Source of the DNA: Alphaproteobacteria bacterium
GTDB taxonomy: Bacteria > Pseudomonadota > Alphaproteobacteria > Methylaequorales > Methylaequoraceae
Assembly: GCA_045563025.1 (NCBI GenBank)
Contig: JBJKUS010000008.1
Coordinates: 282,464 to 346,463 of the forward strand
Length of the DNA stretch: 64,000 nucleotides
Reading direction: 5' to 3'
Of this stretch, positions 11,594 to 22,952 are shown piece after piece (position 1 is the first letter of the stretch; each line of letters starts with the position of its first letter). The notes under the pieces are model-generated. The model did no database searches. It saw only the letters and a list, made by a program, of their open reading frames with translations, and was not told the origin of the DNA. Made by a program: the position numbers and the translations under genes.

Positions 11594-12769
11594 TTAATAC
11601 TTTCTTCCCTTCCAAATATTTCCATCTTTAAAATAGTAATTAGACGCCGAATTTATTGTCATTAACATATAAATCAAACTTGAAAAAGGTAGTGAAAAAT
11701 AAAAAGGGAGACTTAAATTGTAAAATCTTGCTGTAGGTACAAATGAGATTGTCATCAAAAGTATTGTAAAAAAATTTAGGGTTATCAAGTTACTGCTATT
11801 TTGAGTTAATAAATTTACAAAAGGCAAGATATATATGATAATCATTCCAAAAATTGAAACTACAAGTAAAAGGATAGAATGATTCAATTGTTCATATGCA
11901 GTCCTTGAAACCATTTTCCATATTTCCTCTAATTTTGTATAATTTCTTTGGCTTTCCACCATTCTTGTTAAGCCCAACCAGATACTACTCTCGTGGGACT
12001 TTATTTTTTTTGCCAAGTTACAATCATCTATTACTTTATTTTTGATTTGTTCATAAATGTTTTCTTTTTTAAATATTGAAGATTTACACAAAATAAATCC
12101 TCCAGCTGCTGCAGCAAGCTTTTCTTTATTGTTATTTACTTTGCTAAAAGGGTACAATTTCTGAAAGAAATAGATAAATGAAGGAATTAACAAGAATTCC
12201 CATAAAGATAGACACTTAAGTTTCGCCATTAATGATATCATTGTAAGTTTTTTATCGTTCATATAATCTAAGGTTCTCTTAACTATATCTTTTCTTAAAA
12301 CAATATCGGAATCTATAAAAAGAAAATATGAAAATTCTTGTTTGGTCGCCCAATCTACACCTTGTTTTAAAGCCCAAACCTTTCCACTCCAACCCTTAGG
12401 GAGTCGCAAAGCCTTAATAACCTTAAACTGAGAGAATTTATTTTTCTTAAATGTTCTCAATGCTTCCTCGGTGGTGTTGTCAGTACTATTATCATCAACT
12501 ATTAAAACAAATTTTTTAACATCCTGAGTTAATATTGACTTGATTGTTTCACTTATATATTTTTCTTCGTTTCTTGCTGGAACTATGATGCATAATGATT
12601 TTTTTTTCTCTGGTAATGGATTTTTGGTCTTTTGATTCTCCAAAATTATGTTCCCAGTCCAGAAAAGCCCCTTAAATTGAAGATTTTTATTGGCATACAG
12701 AAATATTAAATATAGCCAAATAAGAAAGGGGATAACGGATAATATTAACTGAAAACTTTCGTGCATCAC
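11594..12769 (-). CDS. hpnB: Hopene-associated glycosyltransferase (GT2)
   Basis: IVPARNEE, VDDNSTD, LPKGWSGKVWA, FFQKLYPF, AAAAGG, IDDCNLA, WKMVSRTAYEQL, WKGR. Confidence 0.9.
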   Translation of the reverse strand: MMHESFQLILSVIPFLIWLYLIFLYANKNLQFKGLFWTGNIILENQKTKNPLPEKKKSLCIIVPARNEEKYISETIKSILTQDVKKFVLIVDDNSTDNTTEEALRTFKKNKFSQFKVIKALRLPKGWSGKVWALKQGVDWATKQEFSYFLFIDSDIVLRKDIVKRTLDYMNDKKLTMISLMAKLKCLSLWEFLLIPSFIYFFQKLYPFSKVNNNKEKLAAAAGGFILCKSSIFKKENIYEQIKNKVIDDCNLAKKIKSHESSIWLGLTRMVESQRNYTKLEEIWKMVSRTAYEQLNHSILLLVVSIFGMIIIYILPFVNLLTQNSSNLITLNFFTILLMTISFVPTARFYNLSLPFYFSLPFSSLIYMLMTINSASNYYFKDGNIWKGRKY

Positions 12770-12833
12770 ATCTTAATAAAGTTGTAAAAATACAACAGTC
12801 TACAACAAAATTGTAACATTTTTTATTTTTTTG

Positions 12834-12862
12834 TTGAAACGCTAGCAATTCTGAGATAATTT
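12834..12862 (+). promoter_or_regulatory. Putative sigma70 promoter of the porin gene
   Basis: TTGAAA (12834-12839), 17 bp spacer, TAATTT (12857-12862). Confidence 0.4.
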
Positions 12863-12898
12863 AGACATCAATGATTAAATATTATGCACAATCAGCAT

Positions 12899-12915
12899 TG
12901 CACAAATTTTAGGCA
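12899..12915. promoter_or_regulatory. Putative NtrC-type binding site
   Basis: TGCAC-AAATTTT-AGGCA fits the 17-bp TGCAC-N7-GTGCA consensus; lies 22 bp upstream of the porin ATG. Confidence 0.55.
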
Positions 12916-12937
12916 CAATTATGAAAGGGGTTCTAAT

Positions 12938-13753
12938 ATGATCAGAAAATATTTACTCGTAGGAGCGTTGGTTGCTCCTTTTACAATCGTTGACAAAGTC
13001 AACGCTTTCGAATTTCCTGATAAACCGCCGTTCGGCGAGTTATCAGCTAACGTAAGCTATTATACCAACTATATCTGGAGGGGTGAAGAGCAAACAGGAG
13101 GAATGGCAATTCAAGGTGGGTTTGATTACTCCGCAACTCTTACTTAGACAGATACATAGATGCTTATGTTGGGACCTGGGCAGCAAACTTGAATACACTA
13201 ACGGGTTTGGCATGGAACTAGACTACTACGGTGGGTTTACCGGAGCAATACCAGGCTCTTGAAGATTATCTATCATACGATATCGGGATATCTATATTAT
13301 GACTATCCTGGAGCTTCATCTCAGGAAAGTGACGGAACGGATGGAACCGGTGGAAGTGGAACGAGAGGAATGGAATTTCTTGAGTGGTATGGCTCTGTAG
13401 GAATATCGGGTTTGCCAGCTGATTTAGGGATTTCTTACTACTTCGGTTACTCTCCAACAGGTTTTGCTAACAACTATGATTATACATATCATAATATTTC
13501 GGCGGAAATTCCAGTTCCAAGCAACACCTTTCACATTGTACGGTGGTGTGGGATTCACTGATTCCGACACGGACTAGCACTGACAACTGGATATGGTTTT
13601 ACCGATTACAAAGTTGGAACAACCACGTCAATCTTTGGGTTAGATTGGGGTATCGAGTATACAACGACCACTGGATACGCAGCTTCTGGTGAAGATGCCG
13701 ATACTACAGCTGGCGGACAACACGTGGTTGGTTACGTTTCAGCAAGCTTCTAA
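12938..13753 (+). pseudogene. TorF/TIGR02001-like outer-membrane porin; apparent multi-frameshift, probably an intact gene in vivo (see findings)
   Basis: Stitched frames give a signal peptide, LSANVSYYTNYIWRG, AIQGGFDY, YVGTWAAN, ELDYYGGF, YDIGYLYYDYPG, DYKVG and a C-terminal VGYVSASF with terminal Phe; about 268 aa after removing 9 extra bases. Confidence 0.85.
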
Positions 13754-13765
13754 TTTTGAGTGTAA

Positions 13766-14833
13766 CTATTGAACGGAGGGACGCATTCTTGTCCCTCTGT
13801 TTTTCATCTCCGCAAATATTATTATTAAATTTGTTAAAACAATTAGCGAACCTAGCTGATGAAAAAGCCCTAGCGCTACGGGAACGTAAAGTTTCAAAAT
13901 AATTACACCAAGTGTATATTGACAAATAACAAAAATTCCTAGGAAATAAAAATAACTTTTTAGCTTTGCGAGATTTACATCTCCGACCCCTTTATATACT
14001 GTTATGAAAATTGTAATTAAGGTCGAAGTCGCTAATACTCTATGAAAAAACTGAATGAATCCAATGTCATTGAATAAGTTTGCCAAAGAAAGATTGGTTC
14101 CTTCAATAATCACAGGTGGAAAGAAATTGTCACCCATCAAAGGAAAATTGTTGTAAGCCCAACCCGCATTTGTTCCTGAGACAAATGCACCTGAAGAAAT
14201 TGTGATTATTAAAAGAATGATGGAAATAGTAATTCTTTTACTATGTTTTTTAATTTTTTGATTTGTTACAGACCTGTCAAAAGGACTTTGTCTACCTAAA
14301 TAATTCCAAAAACAAAAGAAAAGTAATATGTAGATTAAAAATGCAGTGGTCAGATGAGCTGAAAGTCTGAAATGACTCACATCTGGTTTGTCTACTAAAC
14401 CACTTTCAACCATAAACCATCCCATAAACCCTTGAAAACAACCGATTAAAGTCAAAAGTGCAAAGTATCTCTTCTCGGTAAATGAGAATTGCTTGTTTAA
14501 CCAGAGGAATATTAAAGGAACAAAAAAAGTAATACCTATAATTCTTCCCCAAATTCTGTGTAAATATTCCCAGAAGAAAATTTTTTTGAACTGGTTAAGT
14601 GTCATATCATAATTTTTAAATTGGAATTCAGGTGTAACTTTATATTTTTCGAAAAGTATATTCCAACTCTGCTCGTTTAATGGAGGCATTATTCCCCCGA
14701 TCAGGCTCCACTCAGTCATAGAGAGGCCAGAGTTTGTAAGTCTGGTTATTCCTCCTATAATAACCATAGAGGCTACCATAAATATATTTATTCCAACCCA
14801 GAGTGCTTTTTTATGATTAGCGATAAAGTACAT
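13766..14833 (-). CDS. ctaA: Heme A synthase (COX15/CtaA type 2)
   Basis: GGITRLTNSGLSMTEW, WEYLHRIWGR, GWFMVESGL, VSHFRLSAHL, QFFHR, HQ. Confidence 0.93.
   Translation of the reverse strand: MYFIANHKKALWVGINIFMVASMVIIGGITRLTNSGLSMTEWSLIGGIMPPLNEQSWNILFEKYKVTPEFQFKNYDMTLNQFKKIFFWEYLHRIWGRIIGITFFVPLIFLWLNKQFSFTEKRYFALLTLIGCFQGFMGWFMVESGLVDKPDVSHFRLSAHLTTAFLIYILLFFCFWNYLGRQSPFDRSVTNQKIKKHSKRITISIILLIITISSGAFVSGTNAGWAYNNFPLMGDNFFPPVIIEGTNLSLANLFNDIGFIQFFHRVLATSTLITIFITVYKGVGDVNLAKLKSYFYFLGIFVICQYTLGVIILKLYVPVALGLFHQLGSLIVLTNLIIIFAEMKNRGTRMRPSVQ
13772..13804 (+). terminator. Intrinsic terminator of the porin gene
   Basis: AACGGAGGGAC-gcattctt-GTCCCTCTGTT followed by TTT; lies inside the 3' end of the convergent heme A synthase gene. 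Confidence 0.75.
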
Positions 14834-14947
14834 AATTAATAATTTAATAATTCTTTTAATTACAATAAAAATACATATTAATTGTGTATATTATAAAAAA
14901 ATACATAATATATTGACATTTCTTAATATTTCTTTTCTATTGTCATT

Positions 14948-15640
14948 ATGGATTTAGGCACGGAGAGACTTAATAAATTAAACTTAGAGTTTGGTTCAAT
15001 GACACCAGAAAAAATCTTGGAAAAATCTCTAGATATTTTTGGAGATAAAATTTCGTATGTTTGTTCCTTCGGCACCGAATCTGCTATATTACTGCACATT
15101 ATTTCTCAGATAGACAAAACTTTTCCAATAATATTACTAAATACTCATTTTTTATTTGATCAAACTCTTATCTATAAAAAACAGCTAATCAGTCTTTTAG
15201 GGTTAGATAATTGTAAAGAAATTTTTCCAAAAAAAAGTGATCTTGAAAAATTTGATATTGACAACTCTTTATGGAAAACAAATGTGGATAAATGTTGCGA
15301 AATCAGAAAAGTAATTCCATTAAATTCTGAATTAAAAAATTATGATGCTTGGGTATCAGGAAGAAAAAACTACCATCAAGGTGAAAGAAAAAATCTAAAA
15401 CCTCTTGAAGTAAATAATAAAAAAATTGTAGTTAACCCTTTAATTAACTTTAACATTATTGATGTAAATGAATATTTTTCCAAATATAATCTACCCCGTC
15501 ACCCTCTCTTTGACGATGGTTATTTATCCATAGGGTGCACTAATTGTACTCAAAAATCTTATAAAATAAATGACCCAAGATCTGGAAGATGGGTTAATAC
15601 AATGAAAACAGAGTGTGGAATACATTACAAAAGTAAATAA
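14948..15640 (+). CDS. cysH: APS/PAPS reductase (4Fe-4S APS-reductase type)
   Basis: SFGTES, KCCEIRKV, GYLSIGCTNCT, RSGRW, ECGIH. Confidence 0.93.
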   Translation: MDLGTERLNKLNLEFGSMTPEKILEKSLDIFGDKISYVCSFGTESAILLHIISQIDKTFPIILLNTHFLFDQTLIYKKQLISLLGLDNCKEIFPKKSDLEKFDIDNSLWKTNVDKCCEIRKVIPLNSELKNYDAWVSGRKNYHQGERKNLKPLEVNNKKIVVNPLINFNIIDVNEYFSKYNLPRHPLFDDGYLSIGCTNCTQKSYKINDPRSGRWVNTMKTECGIHYKSK

Positions 15641-15642
15641 GA

Positions 15643-16440
15643 ATGGATGATCATCTTAAAAAATTGGAAAATGACAGTATTTTCATATTTAGACAGGCTT
15701 TCCGCTCTATTAAAAATATCGCAATGCTGTGGTCTCTTGGAAAAGACTCAAATGTTATGGTATGGCTTGCCTTCAAAGCTTTTTTTGGGAAAATACCATT
15801 CCCTCTTGTTCACGTAGATACGAAAAAAAAATTCAAGGAAATGTATGATTTCAGGGATAGATACGAAAAAGAATGGAACTTGAAACTTATTAAGGGAGAC
15901 TGCCCACCGTTCGAAGCAATCGATCCATCACTGCCATCTGCCGCAAGATCTGCAGCAAGAAAAACTGAAGGTTTGAAGAGAATTTTAAATAAATACAAAT
16001 TTAAAGGTGTTATTGCTGGTATTAGAAGAGACGAGCAGGGTACCAGAGCAAAAGAAAGAATTTTTAGTCCAAGAGATTTAACTGGAAAATGGGATATAAA
16101 AAATCAACCACCTGAGTTTTGGGACCAATCTAATTTTAATTATCCCGATGACGTTCATATAAGAATCCATCCTCTTTTAGGATGGACGGAAATCGATATC
16201 TGGAAATATATTAAACATCAAAAAATTCCAATCGTTGATCTTTACTTTTCAAAGAATGGAAAAAGATACAGATCATTAGGTGATAAAGATATAACTTTCC
16301 CAGTAAAGAGTGAAGCAAAGACCTTTGATGAAATCATTGAAGAGTTAGAAACTACAAAGATATCTGAAAGATCAGGGAGAGCGATGGATCATGAACAGGA
16401 AGATATTTTTGAAAAGCTTAGATCAAAAGGGTATATGTAG
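15643..16440 (+). CDS. cysD: Sulfate adenylyltransferase subunit 2
   Basis: WSLGKDS, GIRRDEQGTRAKERIFS, NQPPEFW, RYRSLG. Confidence 0.95.
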   Translation: MDDHLKKLENDSIFIFRQAFRSIKNIAMLWSLGKDSNVMVWLAFKAFFGKIPFPLVHVDTKKKFKEMYDFRDRYEKEWNLKLIKGDCPPFEAIDPSLPSAARSAARKTEGLKRILNKYKFKGVIAGIRRDEQGTRAKERIFSPRDLTGKWDIKNQPPEFWDQSNFNYPDDVHIRIHPLLGWTEIDIWKYIKHQKIPIVDLYFSKNGKRYRSLGDKDITFPVKSEAKTFDEIIEELETTKISERSGRAMDHEQEDIFEKLRSKGYM

Positions 16441-16448
16441 GTCGGTAT

Positions 16449-18308
16449 ATGAATAATTCATCAAGAATGCCGAAAGTTGTGATTGTTGGGCATGTAGATC
16501 ACGGTAAATCCTCTTTGATAGGAAGAATGATGTACGATCTACAAGAAGTTCCTGACGGAAAATATGAAGAACTAAAAAAAGTAAGTGAAAAAAGGGGAAT
16601 GGAGTTTGAATTTGCATTTCTTTTAGATGCACTTCAAGCAGAAAGAGACCAAGGTATAACAATAGACACTACTCAGATTTTTTTTAAAACAAAAAAAAGA
16701 AAATATGTTTTTATTGATGCGCCTGGTCATAAGGAATTTATTAAAAATATGATTACAGGGGCAGCGTCGGCTGATATTGCAGTATTGATTGTTGATGTTT
16801 CAGAGGGAATAAAAGAGCAAACAAAAAAGCATTCATACATTCTCAAATTGCTGGGAATAGATAGAGTAATTGTTCTTTTTAATAAAATGGACAGGATTGC
16901 ATTTAGTCAAAAGATATTTTCATCTATACAAAAGGACTTAAAAGACTTTCTTGATAAAATAAATATAAAAATAACGAGTGAAATTCCCATATCAGCAAAG
17001 AATGGAGATAACATTTTTCATAAAAGCCTCAATATGAGTTGGTATATGTCTGATACATTTTGTGATGCGCTGGATAAATTTAATTATCACGACTTCAGTA
17101 ATGAAGATTTTTTGAGGATTCCTGTACAAGATATTTACAAAGTTTCTGATAAAAGAGTAATTGTTGGAAGAGTAGAGTCTGGGAAAGTTAGAATAGGAGA
17201 TGAAATTCTTGTTATGCCATCAAATGAGAAAGTAAAAATTAAATCTTTTGAAGAATGGCCGCTAGCTAGAAGTGTATATTCAGAAGGAGATTGTGTAGGT
17301 ATAACTTTAACGGACCAGATATTTGTTGATAAAGGTAATATTATTTCTCATTCATTTAATTTGCCAAAATTAATGAAAACTTTCGAGGCCAATTTATTTT
17401 GGTTGACTGAAAAAAGACTTGATTTCCATAAAAAATATTACTTAAAAATTAATACTGGAGAATACACAGTAAATATTAGTCAAATAAATAAAATTATTGA
17501 TACTCAAAGCCTAGAATCAAAAACTGGAAATGAGTTGCCTAAAAAAAATGATGTTTGCGAAATTGTTATACATTCGTCACAACTAATTCCAATGGATGAC
17601 TTTAAGGTTAATCCTAAAACTGCCAGATTTTGTCTATTAGATGATGAAGAAATAATCGCTGGCGGAATTGTAAATCTTGACAATTATCCAGATCAGAGGG
17701 AACTGAGAAGTGACCCAAATGTTAAGTCAGAAAATTTTAATGTAACTACTGTTGATAGAACTTCCAAGTCTAAACATCGATCAGGGATAATATGGATGAC
17801 TGGGTTGTCAGGGTCTGGAAAGAGCTCAATAGCTAAAGAAGTTGAGAAAAAGTTATTTCTAAAAGACTTTAATGTTTTTACATTGGATGGAGATAATTTG
17901 AGAATGGGCTTAAATAAGGGACTTTCATTTTCAGCTGAGGATAGAACTGAAAATATCCGCAGAACTGCAGAGGTTGCAAAACTTTTTACAGATGCCGGTT
18001 TTATCGTAATAGTTTCTTTGATTTCACCTTACCGAAGTGAGAGAAAAAAAGCGAGAGATATAAAGCCAGAATATTTTAGAGAAATTTATGTAGATGCATC
18101 AATTGACACCTGCATAAAAAGAGATGTAAAGGGTTTGTATGCTAAAGCAATTAGAAAAGAAATTAAAAATTTTACTGGAATTTCATCTCCTTATGAAAAA
18201 CCACTCAACCCCGATTTAGTGCTTAGTACGGAAAAAGAAAGTCTTGAACAAAGCGTTTTGAAACTTGAAAATTACATAATAGAAGAGTTTAGTACAAAAA
18301 ACAGTTGA
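16449..18308 (+). CDS. cysNC: Bifunctional sulfate adenylyltransferase subunit 1 / APS kinase
   Basis: GHVDHGKS, ERDQGITID, DAPGH, NKMD, then an APS kinase domain (WMTGLSGSGKS, LDGDNLR, RDVKGLY, FTGISSPYE). Confidence 0.95.
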   Translation: MNNSSRMPKVVIVGHVDHGKSSLIGRMMYDLQEVPDGKYEELKKVSEKRGMEFEFAFLLDALQAERDQGITIDTTQIFFKTKKRKYVFIDAPGHKEFIKNMITGAASADIAVLIVDVSEGIKEQTKKHSYILKLLGIDRVIVLFNKMDRIAFSQKIFSSIQKDLKDFLDKINIKITSEIPISAKNGDNIFHKSLNMSWYMSDTFCDALDKFNYHDFSNEDFLRIPVQDIYKVSDKRVIVGRVESGKVRIGDEILVMPSNEKVKIKSFEEWPLARSVYSEGDCVGITLTDQIFVDKGNIISHSFNLPKLMKTFEANLFWLTEKRLDFHKKYYLKINTGEYTVNISQINKIIDTQSLESKTGNELPKKNDVCEIVIHSSQLIPMDDFKVNPKTARFCLLDDEEIIAGGIVNLDNYPDQRELRSDPNVKSENFNVTTVDRTSKSKHRSGIIWMTGLSGSGKSSIAKEVEKKLFLKDFNVFTLDGDNLRMGLNKGLSFSAEDRTENIRRTAEVAKLFTDAGFIVIVSLISPYRSERKKARDIKPEYFREIYVDASIDTCIKRDVKGLYAKAIRKEIKNFTGISSPYEKPLNPDLVLSTEKESLEQSVLKLENYIIEEFSTKNS

Positions 18309-18333
18309 CAAAATTTTTCCAAAAAATTACATT
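18305..18333 (+). promoter_or_regulatory. sigma70-type promoter of groESL
   Basis: TTGACA (18305-18310), 17 bp spacer, TACATT (18328-18333), abutting the CIRCE. Confidence 0.7.
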
Positions 18334-18358
18334 AGCACTCAATACTACTGAGTGCTAA
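18332..18358. promoter_or_regulatory. CIRCE element (HrcA operator)
   Basis: Perfect TTAGCACTC-N9-GAGTGCTAA upstream of groES. Confidence 0.97.
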
Positions 18359-18401
18359 CAAGGCTCGTGGTTAATTTGAATTGTCTAACAAAGGAGATTC
18401 T

Positions 18402-20365
<1,964 letters not shown>

Positions 20366-20412
20366 ATCCTTTCCAACCATAGACCATTCTAATAATTGCA
20401 TTATATAAACCT

Positions 20413-20445
20413 AAAACCCTCGGAGATTAATTCCCGAGGGTTTTT
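20413..20445. terminator. Bidirectional intrinsic terminator between groEL and the convergent DUF934 gene
   Basis: AAAACCCTCGG-agattaattc-CCGAGGGTTTTT. Confidence 0.85.
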
Positions 20446-20447
20446 AT

Positions 20448-20897
20448 CTAAGGTTGATAATACAAACCCTCGTCCATTTTAAAAAAATCAACCCAAAACT
20501 TCTCTTTTCCTTCTTCAATCTCGAATGAATCTACACCACATCTATTTAGAAAAACATATTGGTCAGGCAAAATATGACCTGACGCTCTTATTTCCCCATT
20601 GAATTTCCAATATTTCCTAAGTTTTTTTATCTCTGTAAATGGTCTACCATCTTTAAATGTAATAAAGTTAAATTGAATTAAACTAAAAAGCTCTATGTCA
20701 TCTTTTATTAAATCAATAGATTGATTAGAGTCTAAAATCACCCCAATATGTTTTTTTTTTTTCAGTGTTTTTTTATTTTCAATCCAAAATTTTATGAAAA
20801 AAATTATTTTCGAAGATTTCTTTATCTCAGAGTCGTTATCAATAAAAAAATATTCATTTTTAGAAACTTTAGCTTTGTTAAGAATTATTTTTTTCAT
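20448..20897 (-). CDS. DUF934-family protein (sulfite reduction associated)
   Basis: FITFKDGRPF, FNGEIRASGHILPDQYVFLNRCGVDSF, YQP; follows cysI; start moved to ATG 20897. Confidence 0.85.
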   Translation of the reverse strand: MKKIILNKAKVSKNEYFFIDNDSEIKKSSKIIFFIKFWIENKKTLKKKKHIGVILDSNQSIDLIKDDIELFSLIQFNFITFKDGRPFTEIKKLRKYWKFNGEIRASGHILPDQYVFLNRCGVDSFEIEEGKEKFWVDFFKMDEGLYYQP

Positions 20898-22524
20898 ATA
20901 AGTCTTGTTTGAATTTATCAATACCAACCCTATTGAAAACAGATATAAAATCATCCTCTAAATTTAGCCTATTGTCTTCATACGTTTTTATTATTGTTTC
21001 TATAGCGCTTATTAGTTTATCTTCAGTAAAAGAGGGTCCAACAATTTGTCCAATATTTGTCTTTTCATCAGCTGAGCCTCCTAAAGAGATTTGGTAAGAT
21101 TCTTCCCCATTTTTATCTAAGCCTAGTATTCCAATATTTCCGACGTGATGATGTCCACAAGCATTTATACAACCGGAAATTTTAATTTTAATTTTTCCTA
21201 TTTTTTTTTGTAGAAGTTGATTTTTAAAATGTTGGCTGATCTTTTGTGAAATTGGGATTGATCTGGCAGTAGCCAAAGCACAATAATCCATACCGGGACA
21301 ACATATGGTGTCCGTAATTAGTCCTATATTTGCAGTTGCGAGTTTTATTTTTTTTAAATCTGTCCAAACAGAGTAAAGATTGGAATTTAAAACATGAGGA
21401 AGTACTAGATTCTGCTCATGAGTAACTCTAATTTCACCATATGAATATTTTTTTGCTATTTCTGATAATGATTTCATTTGCAAAGCTGATGCATCTCCAG
21501 GAGGTTTTCCGTATTGTTTTAGTGAGACCATTACAATTGAATGACCGTCGTATTTATGATTTAAGACGTTTTGGTCACGCCATATTTTAAAATCTTTGTT
21601 TTTAATTTTTGGAACCTCCGATCTAATATTTTTATCGAAAGGAAGTTGAAAAGATTTCTTTATTTCCTCAAGTTCTGTAACGCCAAGAGTCAATTTCTTC
21701 TCAAAAAATTTTTTAAACCTTTCATCAACAAGATCTTTTAATTTTTTTTCACCAAGCTCGTTTATTAAAATCTTAATTCTTGCTTTATAGATATTATCTC
21801 TTCTACCAAGTTCGTTATAGACTGATAAAATAGCTTCGAGATAATTTAAAAGATGTTTTTTCTTCAAAAAACCTTTTATTTTTTTTGCAATGAATGGACT
21901 TCGTCCTTGGCCACCTCCCACATAAACTTCAAACCCAGTTTCACCTTCTTTTTTGATTAACCTTAGACCAATATCATGAACTTTCATTGCAGCACGATCA
22001 TTTTCAGATGCTATAACAGCAATTTTAAATTTTCTGGGAAGGAAAGAAAATTCTGGATGAAATGTAGACCATTTTCTTATTATTTCACACCAAGGTCTTG
22101 GATCTTCTACTTCCTGTTTATTTATTCCAGCAAAGTGATCACACGAAATATTTCTTATGCAATTTCCAGAGGTTTGAATGGCATGCATTTCTACATTTGC
22201 AAGCTCCTCAAGAATTTTTGGGACATCCTCTAACTTTGGCCAGTTAAACTGAATATTTTGGCGAGTGGTAAAATGTCCATAATTCTTATCATATTTCTCT
22301 GAAATTTCAGCTAGCTTATGTAATTGTTGATGAGAAAGTTCGCCATATGGTATTGCGACTCTTAACATATAAGCATGAAGTTGAAGATAAAGTCCATTCA
22401 TAAGTCTTAATGGCTTAAATTCCTCCTCAGTTAGATAACCATCAATTCTCCTTTTTACCTGTAAAGAAAATTCCTTTGTTCTATTTTTTACGATTTGTTT
22501 GTCTTTTTCTGAATATTTATACAT
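20878..22524 (-). CDS. cysI: Sulfite reductase hemoprotein (alphaproteobacterial CysI type)
   Basis: LRLMNGLYLQLHAYMLRV, HFTTRQNIQ, TSGNCIRN, LPRKFKIA, CCPGMDYC, GCINACGHHH. Confidence 0.93.
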   Translation of the reverse strand: MYKYSEKDKQIVKNRTKEFSLQVKRRIDGYLTEEEFKPLRLMNGLYLQLHAYMLRVAIPYGELSHQQLHKLAEISEKYDKNYGHFTTRQNIQFNWPKLEDVPKILEELANVEMHAIQTSGNCIRNISCDHFAGINKQEVEDPRPWCEIIRKWSTFHPEFSFLPRKFKIAVIASENDRAAMKVHDIGLRLIKKEGETGFEVYVGGGQGRSPFIAKKIKGFLKKKHLLNYLEAILSVYNELGRRDNIYKARIKILINELGEKKLKDLVDERFKKFFEKKLTLGVTELEEIKKSFQLPFDKNIRSEVPKIKNKDFKIWRDQNVLNHKYDGHSIVMVSLKQYGKPPGDASALQMKSLSEIAKKYSYGEIRVTHEQNLVLPHVLNSNLYSVWTDLKKIKLATANIGLITDTICCPGMDYCALATARSIPISQKISQHFKNQLLQKKIGKIKIKISGCINACGHHHVGNIGILGLDKNGEESYQISLGGSADEKTNIGQIVGPSFTEDKLISAIETIIKTYEDNRLNLEDDFISVFNRVGIDKFKQDLYEKNNS

Positions 22525-22531
22525 ATAAGTT

Positions 22532-22801
22532 TTAAAATGTTATTCCCTTGTATCTAATTATATCACGTAGTTTTTTTATTTTACCATCATCACTCAATTC
22601 AACAAATATTGGAGAGATAATTTTACATTTTTTTTCGTTTAACTCTGCAATACGTTCAAACTCTTCAATTTCCTCACGTCTTATAACTCGAGCTTCTTTT
22701 AAGTTTTTTGACCAAGATTTATTTGAATAATACACAACCTCACCAGTTTTTAAATCATTGGCTGAAAGATAAAAAAGATCTCCTTTTAATTTTTTTGCCA
22801 T
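22532..22801 (-). CDS. DUF2849-family protein
   Basis: SANDLKTGEVVY...W...LRDIIRYKG, directly upstream of cysI as usual. Confidence 0.8.
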   Translation of the reverse strand: MAKKLKGDLFYLSANDLKTGEVVYYSNKSWSKNLKEARVIRREEIEEFERIAELNEKKCKIISPIFVELSDDGKIKKLRDIIRYKGITF

Positions 22802-22952
22802 AATCTATTAAACATAATTATAATCAAAATTAAAGAATTTTAATAATATTACAAGAAAATAATGCAATATTATTTATTATACTAATAAATAATGTACAAT
22901 ATTTTTTTTTAGGCTTGATAATAATTATAAACTTAATAGTTTAGTACCAGAG

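Noticed and set aside
12938-13753. Programmed frameshifting or DGR diversification as the cause of the broken porin
   Set aside because: Six break points with no slippery sequences, and no reverse transcriptase or template repeat in the window; allele superposition explains it more simply
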